The position numbers were made by a program, and so were the translations under genes. DNA of 64,000 bases from Octopus sinensis (taxonomy: Eukaryota): NCBI RefSeq assembly GCF_006345805.1, contig NC_043014.1:51832001-51896000 (forward strand), in the 5' to 3' direction. Below, one piece after another: positions 1-12,761 of the stretch; position 1 is the stretch's first letter; every line of letters starts with the position of its first letter. A model generated the notes under the pieces. It was given only the letters and a program-made list of their open reading frames with translations, did no database searches and was not told the DNA's origin.

Positions 1-30
1 ACTGTCACTTTAGTGACATTTCTCTCTCAC

Positions 31-72
<42 letters not shown>

Positions 73-487
73 TATCAGATGAAGCGCTAAGCAGTGGTGA
101 GTATATACGTGTATTCGTTAACCAGTTGAAATATGCTACAGGCATATTCCAATGGTTTTCTTAGAGGTTCGAGTATGCCTGAAGCATATTTCAACTGGTA
201 ACAAGTTTGTGTGTGTGAGTGTGTCCGTATGTTCATTCCGGTATTACAATGTAATTAAAGTCGGGTACACCCTCATATATATATACACTCACACCTCATC
301 CACTACAACACACACGAACATACATGAGCTCATATTATACACTCGCCCACATGTGTGCGTGTAACATATATATATATATAAAGTATCATATGTCTCTATA
401 TACACCAGGCTTCAAAATATATATTTGCATATTTATTTAGCTTTACACACATAAACATTGCATTCACAAACTCATGCAGACACACAC

Positions 488-550
<63 letters not shown>

Positions 551-1179
551 GAGGACTATTTTCCACCACCCAGCTGGTACACATAAAGTCAAATAAGTTT
601 TCAGTCCTGTGGCTTTTCTTAGCAAAAAGCTATGCATCATCTAATCAAATGTTGCCGCATCTGCTTTGAAAATATGTTTAGAATCTCAACATCACAACTT
701 GATGGCTAATAACGATTCTAAAGTACATAAACTAGTTTAATAAATTCTGTTAATTTTCCTTTCATGTGAAATCTTGTAAAATCGCTTGCATCCATAAGAG
801 TTAATATATTTGCCGATCTTTCAAAACTGGAAATCCTAGAAACCATCGTTTCTAACATCGCACGTTACCATATTATTAGGTCTTAATTTCAAGGTAGAAC
901 TGATTACGTTCTTGAAATAAACTTTTGTCTGACTGATTAGAAAGTACCTCTCAGAGAACTTTGAAAGTCGGTGCTCAATCCTGAAACAGCTGGTCAACCC
1001 AAAGAGTTTATTTGGGAGTAATATGTCCGAACGTTCTTTAAATTTTAAAATCTGGGCTATCTTTATGAATCTGCGACCAGCGGAGTTTTGTCAGTAGCAG
1101 AGCTAATTTTCCGATGCCAAATAATGCGTAATTATTTACTAATAATGTTTATTAATAATGTTGATCCGTGTTTCATACG

Positions 1180-1900
1180 GCAGCCTGATGTGGCGTCGGT
1201 TTTCATTTGACCCGCATCTCGAAAACTATCGCATATGACTTTTAAAATACATTACCGCACCACAGAGATCAAGTTCTTTGGTACCCTTATTGCATTTTGT
1301 GGAAAATAAATACTCCGCAATATCGAACCTCTGTCGCTCTGTAATTTGATCAATATATGTGTTGTATTTCTCTCCATTCGATTCACACTCGTTTGTAGAT
1401 AGAGACAATCCGACCAGCCGGCCCGCTGCTCATGCTAAGTTTTCAACAGTCGTACAACTTTGCGTAGATAGTAAAACCTCAAAGAATTCTCTTGATGCTG
1501 ATGGAAAATATAACATGAAATTTCATGCAAGAAATCTTCAAACAGTTCACAACCAATCATGTAAGAATCATCTAAGAAACCACAAAATCGATACAGACAT
1601 AGAATAATCTACAGCAGAAGAACGTAAAATATTATATGACTTGTGACACGTAATGAGTACGATTCATCATTTTATGCGCAAATTAGGAAAATTGCTAAAA
1701 CATGAAATTTATCGTCTAAGTAGATATTGAGAACATTCAAACCTGATCCACAAAAAGTAACAAATGATTGTTAGACGACCTCTGTTGCGTTGTTCGACAC
1801 ATAAATTACTGCTCCGCAATTCTGCTGGTAATATCTGCTGAATATTAGTATTGAAATGGTGGAATGGAAATGGTCAGAAGATAAAATACTGACTCCACAA
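1180..1900 (+). pseudogene. Heavily decayed Ty3/Gypsy pol (reverse transcriptase region) remnant
   Basis: Broken plus-strand frames give motifs in the expected order: ITAPQRSSSLV (cf. VTEPTDWVSSLV), AKFST..QL..DSKTSK, QEIFKQ, DIE*STAEE (cf. DDILIYSKTEEE), KPDPQKV at ~1739-1760, ITAP..LL..VEWKWSE at ~1805-1880. Many stops, deletions and frameshifts; matched by eye only. Confidence 0.45.
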
Positions 1901-1974
1901 ACCGAAAGGGTCATTAGAAAATTTGCGTAGCTTCTTATTAATCTACTGTGGACAACATGTCTTTTTCTTACACT

Positions 1975-2357
1975 CTCTCTCTCCGTTACTCTGTCTGTTT
2001 TTCTGTTTATCTCTTCGAATATCTATCTGTCGGTCTGTCTATCTGCCTGCCCATCCGTCTCTCCGTCCGTCCTCCCATCTGTCTGTCTCTCTCCTCCTCT
2101 CTGTCTGTCTGTCTCTCTCCTCCTCTCTGTCTGTCTGTATGTTTGTCTGTCCCACTGTATGTCTGGCTCTCTATCTAACTCTCTGTATGACTGTCTCTGT
2201 CTGTCTGTATGTTTGTCTGTCCCACTGTATGTCTGGCTCTCTATCTAACTCTCTGTATGACTGTCTCTGTCTGTCTGTCTCTCTCCTCCTCTCTGTCTGT
2301 ATGTTTGTCTGTCCCACTGTATGTCTGGCTCTCTATCTAACTCTCTGTATGACTGTC

Positions 2358-2406
<49 letters not shown>

Positions 2407-2410
2407 TTAT
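1975..2410. repeat. (CTGT)/(CTCT)/(CTAT) low-complexity tract with a triplicated ~70-bp unit
   Basis: The unit containing cccactgtatgtctggctctctatctaactc recurs at 2151, 2221 and 2313. Confidence 0.9.
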
Positions 2411-2703
2411 CTTTACTTTTTAATCATTTAATTGTTTTAATGATTGAATTGCAGATCTTCAAGAATATTAAGTCGAACATATATTCGTATTCAGCGATTT
2501 AAAATATTCAGTGTGTATACAAGTGCTTTCATATCTGCGTATGTATGGATGTTCTGGAGAATTTGGTGTCCACATATTTTTAATAAGCACCTCAGAATGT
2601 CACATGAGATGTCACAGAACACAATGAGCAAGTTCTTGTTAGATGCAAACCAAAAATGAACCTTATTATTCGCACAAGACAAAGAGCATCATATTACCTA
2701 AGA

Positions 2704-2743
<40 letters not shown>

Positions 2744-3053
2744 AGAAATACTGAAGGGAAAGGTCTCGATGAATGGCAACCTCCAATGTATTATGAGAGT
2801 CATAGCAATCTGCCTTTCATTCTGAGCTGCGCACTTACCAACAATAGCCTCGGAAAATTAATTTGAGTCAGCATCAAAGGAACTGGAAGACGTTGTTCGT
2901 AATCTTCTCTTTATTGTCAGTCTCTGTGCACGTGTGTGTATACACTTGTATGCGTTTGTGAATGTGTGTGCGTGTGTATGTATGTGTTTATGACTTTGCT
3001 TGCGTTTATATATGTACATGATTTTATATGCTTCTCTCTAACCCCCTCTCTCA

Positions 3054-3086
<33 letters not shown>

Positions 3087-3110
3087 GACATTATAATTAT
3101 TATTTAAAAC

Positions 3111-3313
3111 GGTGTGCTAGGAGAATGGTGAGGACACTGCGCTTAGCGACATTTCGTTCGTGTTTATGTTCTGAGTTCAAATGCTGCGGTGGTGGACTTT
3201 GCCTTTCATCATTTCGTGGTCGATAAAATAAGTACCAGTTGATTACTAGAGTCCAAGTAATTCGATTTACTCCCTCCCACAAACTGTCTAGATTCGTGCC
3301 TATAGTAGAAAGG
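3111..3313 (+). mobile_element. SINE family A, degenerate short form
   Basis: Contains gttctgagttcaaat (B-box-like) and ctttgcctttcatc...gtcgataaaataagtaccag, ending gtgcctatagtagaaagg; follows (ATT)n. Confidence 0.8.
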
Positions 3314-3512
3314 TTTATTGGTAATATTAACATCCTTGAGTAAAAGACCAATGCATGCCATCACAATTATTATTATTATTATTAATATTATCATTATCAT
3401 TAATTATCATTATTATTATTATTATTATTATCATTATTATTATCATTATTATTATTATTATTAGTATTATTATCATCATCATCATTATTATTATTACTAT
3501 TATTATTATTAA

Positions 3513-3903
3513 GGAGTGGCTGTGTGGTAAGTAGCTTGCTTACCAACCACATGGTTCCGGGTTCAATCCCACTGCGTGGCACCTTGGGCAAGTGTCTTCT
3601 ACTATAGCCCCGGGCCGACCAAAGCCTTGTGAGTGGATTTGGTAGACGGAAACTGAAAGAAGCCCGTCGTATATATGTATATATATATATGTGTGCGTGT
3701 GTGTCTGTGTTTGTCCCCCTAGTATTGCTTGACAACCGATGCTGGTGTGTTTATGTCCCCGTCACTTAGCGGTTCGGCAAAGGAGACCGATAGAATAAGT
3801 ACTGGGCTTACAAAGAATAAGTCCCGGGTCGAGTTGCTCGATTAAAGGTGGTGCTCCAGCATGGCAGCAGTCAAATGACTGAAACAAGTAAAAGAGTAAA
3901 GAG
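3513..3903 (+). mobile_element. SINE family B, full length (tRNA head, CORE-like ccttgggcaagt segment, internal TA/TG microsatellite, gtaaaaga tail)
   Basis: ggagtggctgtgtggtaag...ggttccgggttcaatccc head; near-identical to the copies at 23728, 50905 and 59371. Confidence 0.92.
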
Positions 3904-3909
3904 TATATG

Positions 3910-4492
3910 AAAAGACATTCCATCATACCCAGCTTAATTTGCTGGGTATGATGGAAAGTGTCAGCTGTTCACGGCCAGCAGACTAAGGTGACAATGTTTT
4001 AGGGGTCATGCTTCAAGAATCCTGTGAAGAATTCTTGCAGTTCCAAGCAATGCTGATTTTTGTAGGTGTTCTTCTTTCACAGGTGGTAGTTGAGTGCTCA
4101 TAATTCCATGTGCCCCAATTACTATTGCTATTCCATCTACTCTCATCATTAACCACAACCTTCGTATTTCCCACTTTAAATCCTCGTTGTTGTTTATTTT
4201 TCTCCTTTCACATAGACCCTGTTGTCACCGGGGTATGTTATGCCGATTATCACACATATTCTTTCTTTTTTTATTCATCACAACAATGTCCGGTTGGTCG
4301 GATGATAGCACTGGATCGTTCTAACCCGAAGGATTTTGCAAATCTCATTTTCAGAGGCTCCTTCTGTAGTTTTCTCATACCACATCTTTGCTCTTTATAG
4401 TCCGTGATTTCCACAGACCTCCGAATGGTTAATTTCTGCCACATTGTCATTACGTCTTTTGTATTTGGGTCATTCTTACCGCATTGTCAGGG
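3910..4492 (-). mobile_element. R4/Dong-like (RLE endonuclease) LINE, 5'-truncated 3' fragment
   Basis: Minus strand reads YKRRNDNVAEINHSEVCGNHGL*RAKMWYEK..ENEICKIL..PDIVVM..IVIGAHG..LQKSALLGTARILHRILEA*, the typical C-terminus of R4-clade ORFs; several frameshifts. Confidence 0.85.
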
Positions 4493-4499
4493 CGTATTA

Positions 4500-4539
<40 letters not shown>

Positions 4540-4558
4540 CATTGTTGTTATTATTTAA

Positions 4559-4771
4559 GGCGGCGAGCAGGTAGAATCGTTAGTACGCTGGGCGAAATAC
4601 TCAGCGGCATTCCGTTCATCTTTACTTTCTCATTCAAATTTCGCCGCGTTCGACTTTGCCTTCCATCCTTTCTGGGTCGATAAATTACCTACCAGGGAAA
4701 AACGGGGAATGATGTAGTCGCCTAGTCACCCCACCCATCAAATTTCAGGCATTGTGCCTTTAGTAGACAGG
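4559..4771 (+). mobile_element. SINE family A, short form
   Basis: ggcggcgagcaggtagaatcgttag head, shared ctttgccttccatcc...gtcgataaat core, gtgcctttagtagacagg tail between (ATT)n/(ATC)n tracts. Confidence 0.85.
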
Positions 4772-5073
4772 ATTACTATCATCATCATCATCATCATCAT
4801 TATTATTATTTTATTTTTAACCCTTGTCCGTTATGCATTTGTCCCTTCTTTTTCGGGGTATACTTCTTGTTTCCAATTTTTCTTTTTCTCATTTCTTTAT
4901 GTGTAAACCCCAACACTTTATGTCAGGCTTTTTATCGTTCCCTTCTTCCGTCACCCTTGTGGCAAATAAAGGAAATCTTTATTATTATTGCCAGTTACGA
5001 ACTGGGGTCGCTGTAATCAAGTTAATACTACCCCCTCCCCAGCTGCTCTTATTATTATTATTATCACTATTAA

Positions 5074-5200
5074 GCTGCCGTGCTGGCAGAACCGTTAGCA
5101 CGTAGGGCATAAGGCTTAGCAGCAATTCGCCATCCCTAACGTTCTGAGCTCAAATTACCCCGAGGTCGATTTCCCTTTCACCCTCTGGGCATTGATTAAA
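5074..5200 (+). mobile_element. SINE family A, 3'-truncated
   Basis: gctggcagaaccgttagcacg...gttctgagctcaaatt...gaggtcgattt matches the head and core start of other A copies. Confidence 0.75.
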
Positions 5201-5209
5201 ACAAGAAAA

Positions 5210-5525
5210 AAACACTGGTCAGATACTCAGTTCTGTATCATCGACTTACGTCCCCCGACACTAACTTAGTGGTCCTATGACAAAATGCTTAAATTCCAAG
5301 AATCTTCCTTAGTATTCTGGCAGAAATACGATCGCAGCTTTCTGCATGTTGAAAATGCAACACTTAATTCCTTACTTGCAATATTCTTTAGTCCCTTAAG
5401 TGATGCACCTAGTGCACAAGTTACTGCAGGCATAGTTCTTGCCTAAGTCTTCCACAATCTTTTGATCAATATTTTCCAATTCCTTTTGTATCCACTTTGG
5501 TGTCATAGGGAATCGCAGAGCCAGT
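5210..5525 (-). mobile_element. Second R4/Dong-like LINE 3' fragment
   Basis: Minus strand reads AIPYDTKVDTK..RLWKT..PAVTCALGA..MQKAAI..SARILRKILGI*, the same C-terminal motif class as 3910-4492 but a different subfamily. Confidence 0.7.
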
Positions 5526-6189
5526 GACGCCCCACTGTTGTTATATTATTGATACTATGGAACAGTAGGTATTTTAATCATAGCGTATATATATATATCT
5601 TCATATATTGAATATGCGTATATATTTGCGTATGAAACAGACGGACAGTCTATACATGCTTATGAAGAATATGGCACGTTCTGAATCAGCTACCGTGTGT
5701 TTCTGTCTATATATATGTGATTATGAGAGAACGGTGTGGGCTCTCGTTGATAATGAGAAAGCAGCACCTTAGGAATATTGTGTGAGAAAGTGAGATTAAT
5801 ATGGAGAGCAGGATATATTTATGTGTGAAATTGCTAGGAAGCACGGTTGTTCGCTAATGATAAACGGAGTGTAATCAATTGAGAGTTGTACGAGACAACG
5901 ATGCTTTCACACCTGATATTAAAGGATTCTAGCGCTGTTCGTTTTGTGTCTAATGGAAAATTTCTGGAAGCAGATTAGTGTGGTGTACGTACCAGAAAAC
6001 ATTTTTTGAATATGATACGTTCTTAATAAATGAATTTCAGAGGCGGAATGCGGATCACTGCATTGCGCCGCAACAATGGCGCTGTGTCACAATGCATGCG
6101 AAGGGAAATAAAGAGAGAGAGGAAGACTTAAATGTGTAGGACTAAATAATTGAGAGCAGTGGGGGGTGAATTCGCAACTGAGAAGTTTA

Positions 6190-6594
6190 TAGTAATCCCT
6201 CGACTATCGTAGGTGTTACGGTCCAAAATCCCCAGAGATAAGTGAATATCTGTGAATCAGAAACAGTACTGGTCTCTGTGTATATATCACCGTGACCGAG
6301 CAAGCTATCAGGTGCTCCTACACATCGATGGTCACAATGCACTTCGCATTGTTTTAGCCTCCAAATGACGCCACCCCGCTGGCTAAGCGAGCAGGCCAAC
6401 ATACGAAAGAGTGAGAGAAAGTTGTGGCGAAAGAGTACAGCAGGGATCGCCACTTCCCCCTGCCGGAGCTTCGTGGAGCTTTAGGTGTTCTCGCTCAATA
6501 AACACTCACAACGCCCGGTTTGGGAGTCGAAACCGCGATCCTACAACCGCGAGTCCGCTGTCCTAACCTCTCGGCCATTGCGCCTCCACATTAT

Positions 6595-6640
<46 letters not shown>

Positions 6641-6769
6641 ATGTTATCACTTTTATAATTTGTATATATGTTATTATATTTTAAATGCAAAACAACACCA
6701 TGGAGCAATGGCCGTAAGCTTAAATAATAAACCGCGATAGGTGAACCGCGATATGGCGCGGGATTGCCG
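6190..6769. mobile_element. Tigger/pogo-like MITE interrupted by a SINE
   Basis: Left end TA-tagtaatccctcgactatc; right end gatatggcgcgggattgccg-TA. These are imperfect ~20-bp inverted ends with TA flanks, resembling Tigger TIRs (cagtaatccctcg). Confidence 0.55.
6266..6587 (-). mobile_element. SINE family D (tRNA-Arg(TCG)-like head) with alternative tail T2
   Basis: Positions 6400-6587 are the reverse complement of the head and central part of the copy at 49864; 6266-6400 is a different tail, shared with 46585-46705. Confidence 0.85.
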
Positions 6770-6872
6770 TATTCCCTGATTTTCTACTGTGGAGTGTGCT
6801 CCAAGTTTTTATGCGTGTGCACCAGTCATGTGTTTGTTTGTGTGTCTGTTTATATATATATATATATATATA

Positions 6873-7204
6873 TGGCTCAGTGGTTAGAGCGTCGAGCTTA
6901 CGATCGTGAGGTTGTGAGTTCAATTCCCTGACCGGGCTGCGTGTTGTGTTCTTGAGCAAAGCACTTTATTTCACGTTGCTCCAGTTCGCTCAGTTGTAGA
7001 AAAGAGTTGCGACGTCACTGGTGCCAAGCTGTATCGACCTTTGTCTTTCCCTTTGATAACACTGGTGGCGTGGAGAGGGGAGGCTGGTATGCATGGGCGA
7101 CTGCTGGTCTTCCATAAACAACCTTGCCCGGACTTGTGTCTAGGAGGGTAACTTTCTAGGTGCAATCCCATGGTCATTCATGACCGAAGGGGGTCTTTAC
7201 CCTT
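6873..7204 (+). mobile_element. SINE family C (tRNA head, V/CORE-like gttcttgagcaaagcacttt segment)
   Basis: A box tggctcagtggttagagc and B box gagttcaattccc; the body matches the reverse copy at 42470-42728. Confidence 0.88.
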
Positions 7205-7976
7205 TATATATATATATATATGATGTGTACGGCACGAAGTACACAAATCTGTTTGTAGGAATACGTGTTGTCTGACAGCAACATATTCAATATTCACAAT
7301 CATTCGTTTGTACATAGATTCATATACACACGTAAGTATACATTTACATAATATACTTCTATTCACATTGTCGTGTACCACCGTTAATCTGTTTGGCAAA
7401 TCCATTGTAATGTTTTTATTCCCATCGCTAGTTCTTTGTACCAAGCTAATCTGGTATATCAGAGTATTTCGAATTATTTATGCGATTTCTTATAGATTAA
7501 TGTATCTTAGTTTATTTGTGATCTCAAGGTATTACGAAACATAAATAGCCATTGTTCATCTCTTTTTCTTAATGAAGTATCTTCGGCTTTTGTGCTTCAT
7601 AGCGTATGTCAGAGTTTTATCTTTCTTGTTTGGTTAACCATTGTGAGCATCGGGGATGGGTTACCGGTTTTTGTTTCTCTTTTTTTTTTCTTTTCTTTTC
7701 TTTTTTTTTTATTTGCTTAGCAAGAAGGTACAAGTAATTCAAGAATCAAACGCAGATCAATACAAGAAATTGATAGTCGTGAAAATAACGCATAATCGAA
7801 CAGAATTATGTACACTAAATAAACCGAACGAAAGACAATAGATAATAACGAAAGGAAACAAACAAATTAATGTCATTCTCGTACAGTTCTGCGAATATTC
7901 GGTATCTCTGTAAAATAATGGATGCAACTGTGTGATATTTAATATTGTTATTATTATTAATAATAATAATTATAAT

Positions 7977-8197
7977 GTCGGCGAGTTGGCAGAATCGTTA
8001 GCATGCTGGACGAAATTCTTATTGGTATTTGCCCCGTCGCTACGTTCTGAGTTCAAATTCCGACGAGTTTGACGTTGGTTTTAGTCCTTTCGGTTTCAAT
8101 AACTTAAGTACCAGTTGTTTACTTGGATCGATGTGATTGGCTTATTCTTCTACCCACTCCCCAACAAATTTCGATCCTTGCGCCTATTGTAGAAAGA
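7977..8197 (+). mobile_element. SINE family A, short form
   Basis: gcgagttggcagaatcgttagc head, core, cgcctattgtagaaag tail, flanked by (ATT)n. Confidence 0.85.
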
Positions 8198-8213
8198 ATT
8201 ATTATTATTATTA

Positions 8214-8250
<37 letters not shown>

Positions 8251-8462
8251 GGCCGTGACCCGACAGAATAGTTAACCTAGCTGGCTAAATGCTTAGCGGT
8301 ATTTCATCCATTTTTACGTTCTGAGCTCAAATTCCGCCGAGATCGAGTTTACCTTTTATCGTTTCAGAGTCGATAAATTAAGTACCATTTGAGCATTTGA
8401 GTTGATGTTGTCGACATACATGCTACCCTAAAATGTCTGGCCATATGCCTATAATAGAAAGG
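8251..8462 (+). mobile_element. SINE family A, short form
   Basis: Same head, core and tail; inserted in the (ATT)n tail of the previous copy. Confidence 0.82.
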
Positions 8463-8511
<49 letters not shown>

Positions 8512-8555
8512 GTAGTAGTAGTAGTAGTAGTAAGTAGTAGTAGTAGTAGTAGTTG

Positions 8556-9090
8556 TAATTGAGAGAGCAGCGCTTGCCTTCAAAGTGACAATGGGATAAA
8601 ATATACGAATCCTAGTATACCCATCATGACTACCCGTCTGATAAGAGTACACTAGGCACATGCATTACAACCATTTGTGCGCGACATGGCGATCTCATAT
8701 CAAGATAAACCGCGCATGACCTTGCAGTTGGGACTCAATTAGAATTTCATTCAGGTCGAGTAAGCCACCCCGCTCAAAAGTTCCCTGAATAAGATTTCTT
8801 TAAGGGTGATCGACAAAACATCCATGTTTCCAGAGGTGAATTATTCAAACCCCAAATAATTCCTCTCAACACATAGCTATGATGCTTCTCCCACTACTTT
8901 TGCTCGTGATAAGAGATGCACATATCGTCAACTGGTTAAGGTCAAACAACTGACAAGCAAATCTGTGATATGGGGCAGAATATTTGCAGTAGCCCATCTT
9001 TTATACTAAGACAAAACAGTGTACATGGTAACACTTTCAATCTGTTAAGATCAGAAGCCGTCAAAGCCAGCGCCGTTATTGCATCATGGC
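8556..9090 (-). mobile_element. Probable non-LTR retroelement non-coding segment (class unknown)
   Basis: Higher-complexity block abutting a (TAG)n/(TAA)n tail at 8463-8555. I recall it as an abundant octopus repeat, but it is single-copy in this window and has no ORF. Confidence 0.3.
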
Positions 9091-9151
9091 GTCTTTCCAC
9101 ACATTATAAGCTTTGGTACTTGGCTTTTAATTATCGTGGGAGGCATCCAAC

Positions 9152-9184
<33 letters not shown>

Positions 9185-9716
9185 TTCTTTCAATTTTGTT
9201 TCCATTTTCTCCCGAGTGTCTTCCCAACATTGGGGCAAATAATCTCACAGTATACATTGTTAGGCCATTAAAATAATCACACCAGATTACTACTACTACT
9301 ACTACTACTACTAGGATGTATTTAAAATATCGACTGATATCAAGTGAAATAAAAAAAAAATCATGTGTTCGTACAAGAAAGTGATAGTCAATGAGAGACA
9401 GACAGACAGAAAGAATGAGATTCAGAGGAAGAGAGAATGATGTCCCAAATGAGTACCAAAGAATACATTTATAGCAATTGGTTTCCATTCATGAATTCCT
9501 TTCATCTTTGCCATTCTGCGTTGTTTAGTAAGAGATCAATGCTTATGCGAGAATAGACAGACATGATTGCCAGCGCAACTTTGGAGATTTTACGATCTGC
9601 AGCCAAAGTGACGACTCCCTAGAATAAATTCATGGCTGTACGTCTTGGTGAGATCAAACTAGAACGATTACAAAAAGGGACATTTGCATGAGAAAAGGAA
9701 TTATCATCGTACGAAA

Positions 9717-9747
9717 TGTATGTATGTATGTATGTATGTATGTATTG

Positions 9748-9790
<43 letters not shown>

Positions 9791-10448
9791 GAATATATAT
9801 GTATGTATGTATGAATATATATGTATGTATGTATGAATATATATGTACGTATGTATGAATATATATGTATGTATGTATGAATATATATGTATGTATGTAT
9901 GAATATGTATGTATGTATGAATATATATGTATGTATGTATGAATATATATGTATGTATGTATGAATATATATGTATGTATGTATGAATATGTATGTATGT
10001 ATGAATATATATGTATGTATGTATGAATATGTATGTATGTATGAATATGTATGTATGTATGAATATATATGTATATATGTATGAATATGTATATATGTAT
10101 GAATATATATGTATGTATGAATATATATGTATGTATGTATGAATATATATGTATGTGTGTATGAATATATATATGTATGTATGTATGTATGAATATATAT
10201 ATGTATGTATGTATGTGTGAATATATATATGTATGTATGTATGTGTGAATATATATATGTATGTATGTATGTGTGAATATATATATGTATGTATGTATGT
10301 GTGAATATATATATGTATGTATGTATGTGTGAATATATATATGTATGTATGTATGTGTGAATATATATATGTATGTATGTATGTGTGAATATATATATAT
10401 ATATGTATGTATGTGTGAATATATATATATATATGTATGTATGTGTGA

Positions 10449-10479
<31 letters not shown>

Positions 10480-10665
10480 AATATATATGTATGTATGCAT
10501 GTGTGAATATATATGTATGTATGTATGTGTGTATATATACATGTATATATGTATGTGTGTATATATACATGTATATATGTATGTGTGTATATATGTATGT
10601 ATATATGTATGTGTGAATATATATATGTATGTATATGTGTATGACTATAATTATGTGTATGTATG

Positions 10666-10700
<35 letters not shown>
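9717..10700. repeat. ~1-kb compound (TATG)n/(TA)n satellite with gaatata-anchored 16-28-bp units
   Basis: Repeated gaatatatatgtatgtatgtat variants; source of the 288-369 aa pseudo-ORFs. Confidence 0.95.
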
Positions 10701-11842
10701 GTGCATTCCTATAACTTGACTATTTGATAAACATATGCAGCCTTTCATAAATACATAATTCAAATATCGATCAAATTATATCAGCATTGCGAATAACAGT
10801 ATTGATTTACTTTGGACAACACATAAACACCAATCAATCGTTTAAAGTAACATATAGAGCTATAGATTGTGTAAATGGAATAATATTCCCACATTAGGGA
10901 CGGTGCTATAGTTACCACACATACACACGCACTGACACACATACACATATGAACACAAGCACAAACAGACATACACAGAGAGACATACACAAGCGCAGAT
11001 ACAGACACACAGAAACACATTCACTCACACAAACATACACACGCACCCCACCCGATAAATTTTTTTTATCAGCTCCCAAACAGTATGTCACACATCATCA
11101 CAAGGCAGACGCGGGTTCAGGGACCTATTGTCTACATTATATACGTTTTCTGAGTCTAGCATCCTTAAATTAGAGGGTACCACAGTGGTTGCGTTTGACC
11201 TAGTCCACCTCGATTATGCATTCCGTTATCTAATGTATTATTTTAAATTTAAGATGACCCCTTGTGATTTCAAGGCAGTCTCATTGTTAATCACAGAATG
11301 TCAATGAACTGCGTAGACTTACTTCATCACCCTGTTGAATACCATATCTAGTTTCCTTCTTTGTTTTATGCAAGCATTGAGGCTAATTCTTCTATCTGCA
11401 AATATCAGCTGAAACACAGATCAGTCCAGTGAGTTCTGGGTATAGAAAAGGGATCACACGCTCACACACACATAGAAAATACACAAACATGGACATGCGA
11501 GCACATGAATATGCAGGATACATACAGAGGCACACACATACATACATATATACATATGCATACACACACACATATACATATGCATACTTACATACACACA
11601 TACATACGTACATGCATGCATAGGCACACACACACACACACACACTGACCCACACACATGTACACAAACAAACAAACAGGAACGCAGTGCAAATAACGGA
11701 CAGAGTCGAGAAAAATAAGTGGAAATTTTACCGGTGAATTATTTTATTCAGAAAAAGAAAATGACTCTCCCCACAACAGAATATGCTTCAACACACGAAC
11801 TCATATAAAGAATCTTGCAAACCAAATCCCCAAGCGAAATTT

Positions 11843-11914
<72 letters not shown>

Positions 11915-12043
11915 TATAGAAGGTTTGGAGATGATGTACATGTATTTTATATTAGAAGAAATGAGGTACTCAGAGATTCGGATGATTTTATATTTACATA
12001 TATTTATTTGTATATAACATGCTTTTATACATCATATCGCATA

Positions 12044-12100
<57 letters not shown>

Positions 12101-12761
12101 GCACATACATAAGTATACACATATATACACATCGTACATATCAACGCAAACACACACATATATGTTTATTGAGCGAAAGAGAGAGAGACAGAGAAAAGCT
12201 ACAATAGGATTATTTTAGCGACGTGTCACTGCAGAATTCCAAAGAATACAACAGATATTGATTATTGGTATCGCAAGAACAAAGTTGTGAAACATAGAAT
12301 AATCAAGTGTTTATCGCAAAGATAATCAAGTCTGCCTCATATTACACGATTTATAATTAATATTAATAACTGCTTCGCCAGTTAATATTAATATTACTTG
12401 CATTGTCAAATTAATATTGTATTGCCAATATATTTTCATCTTAATTCTCCTTCCTTCACTTCGTATTTCTCCTTCTCTCTTCGTTCGCTTCCTATGTTTC
12501 TGTCATTATGTCCAACTTAGGTTTTATTTATTCCCTCATTTCCTAACTCAAACTCTCCCTTAGTTGTACAGATATATTAAATTCGAAGTCCGTGTGCATT
12601 CAACTATTTCCTGTTTTTGCGTGAATTAAGTATCATATATGCAAATCCTTTTATAGGCAACTAATATGTGGGCAATATTGATTGTTTACGAAATATGTTT
12701 AAATTTTACAAGTACACACATTGACAAAACGGTCGTAAATTCTGACGACATATATATAGAG

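Noticed and set aside
79-96. Possible 18-nt phase-1 microexon (cag|ATGAAGCGCTAAGCAGTG|gtgagt)
   Set aside because: Good donor, but the pyrimidine tract is separated by a TA run; too short to support without RNA data.
6873-6945. tRNA-like heads (also 49868, 3513, 50905)
   Set aside because: They continue into SINE bodies and lack an acceptor stem, so they are not tRNA genes.
9619-10763. Long ORFs (288-369 aa), and similar ones at 18176, 30330-31071, 41254-41704, 44929, 56054, 57158, 62493
   Set aside because: Translations of microsatellites (YI, HT, N, I, K runs) that lack stops by composition.
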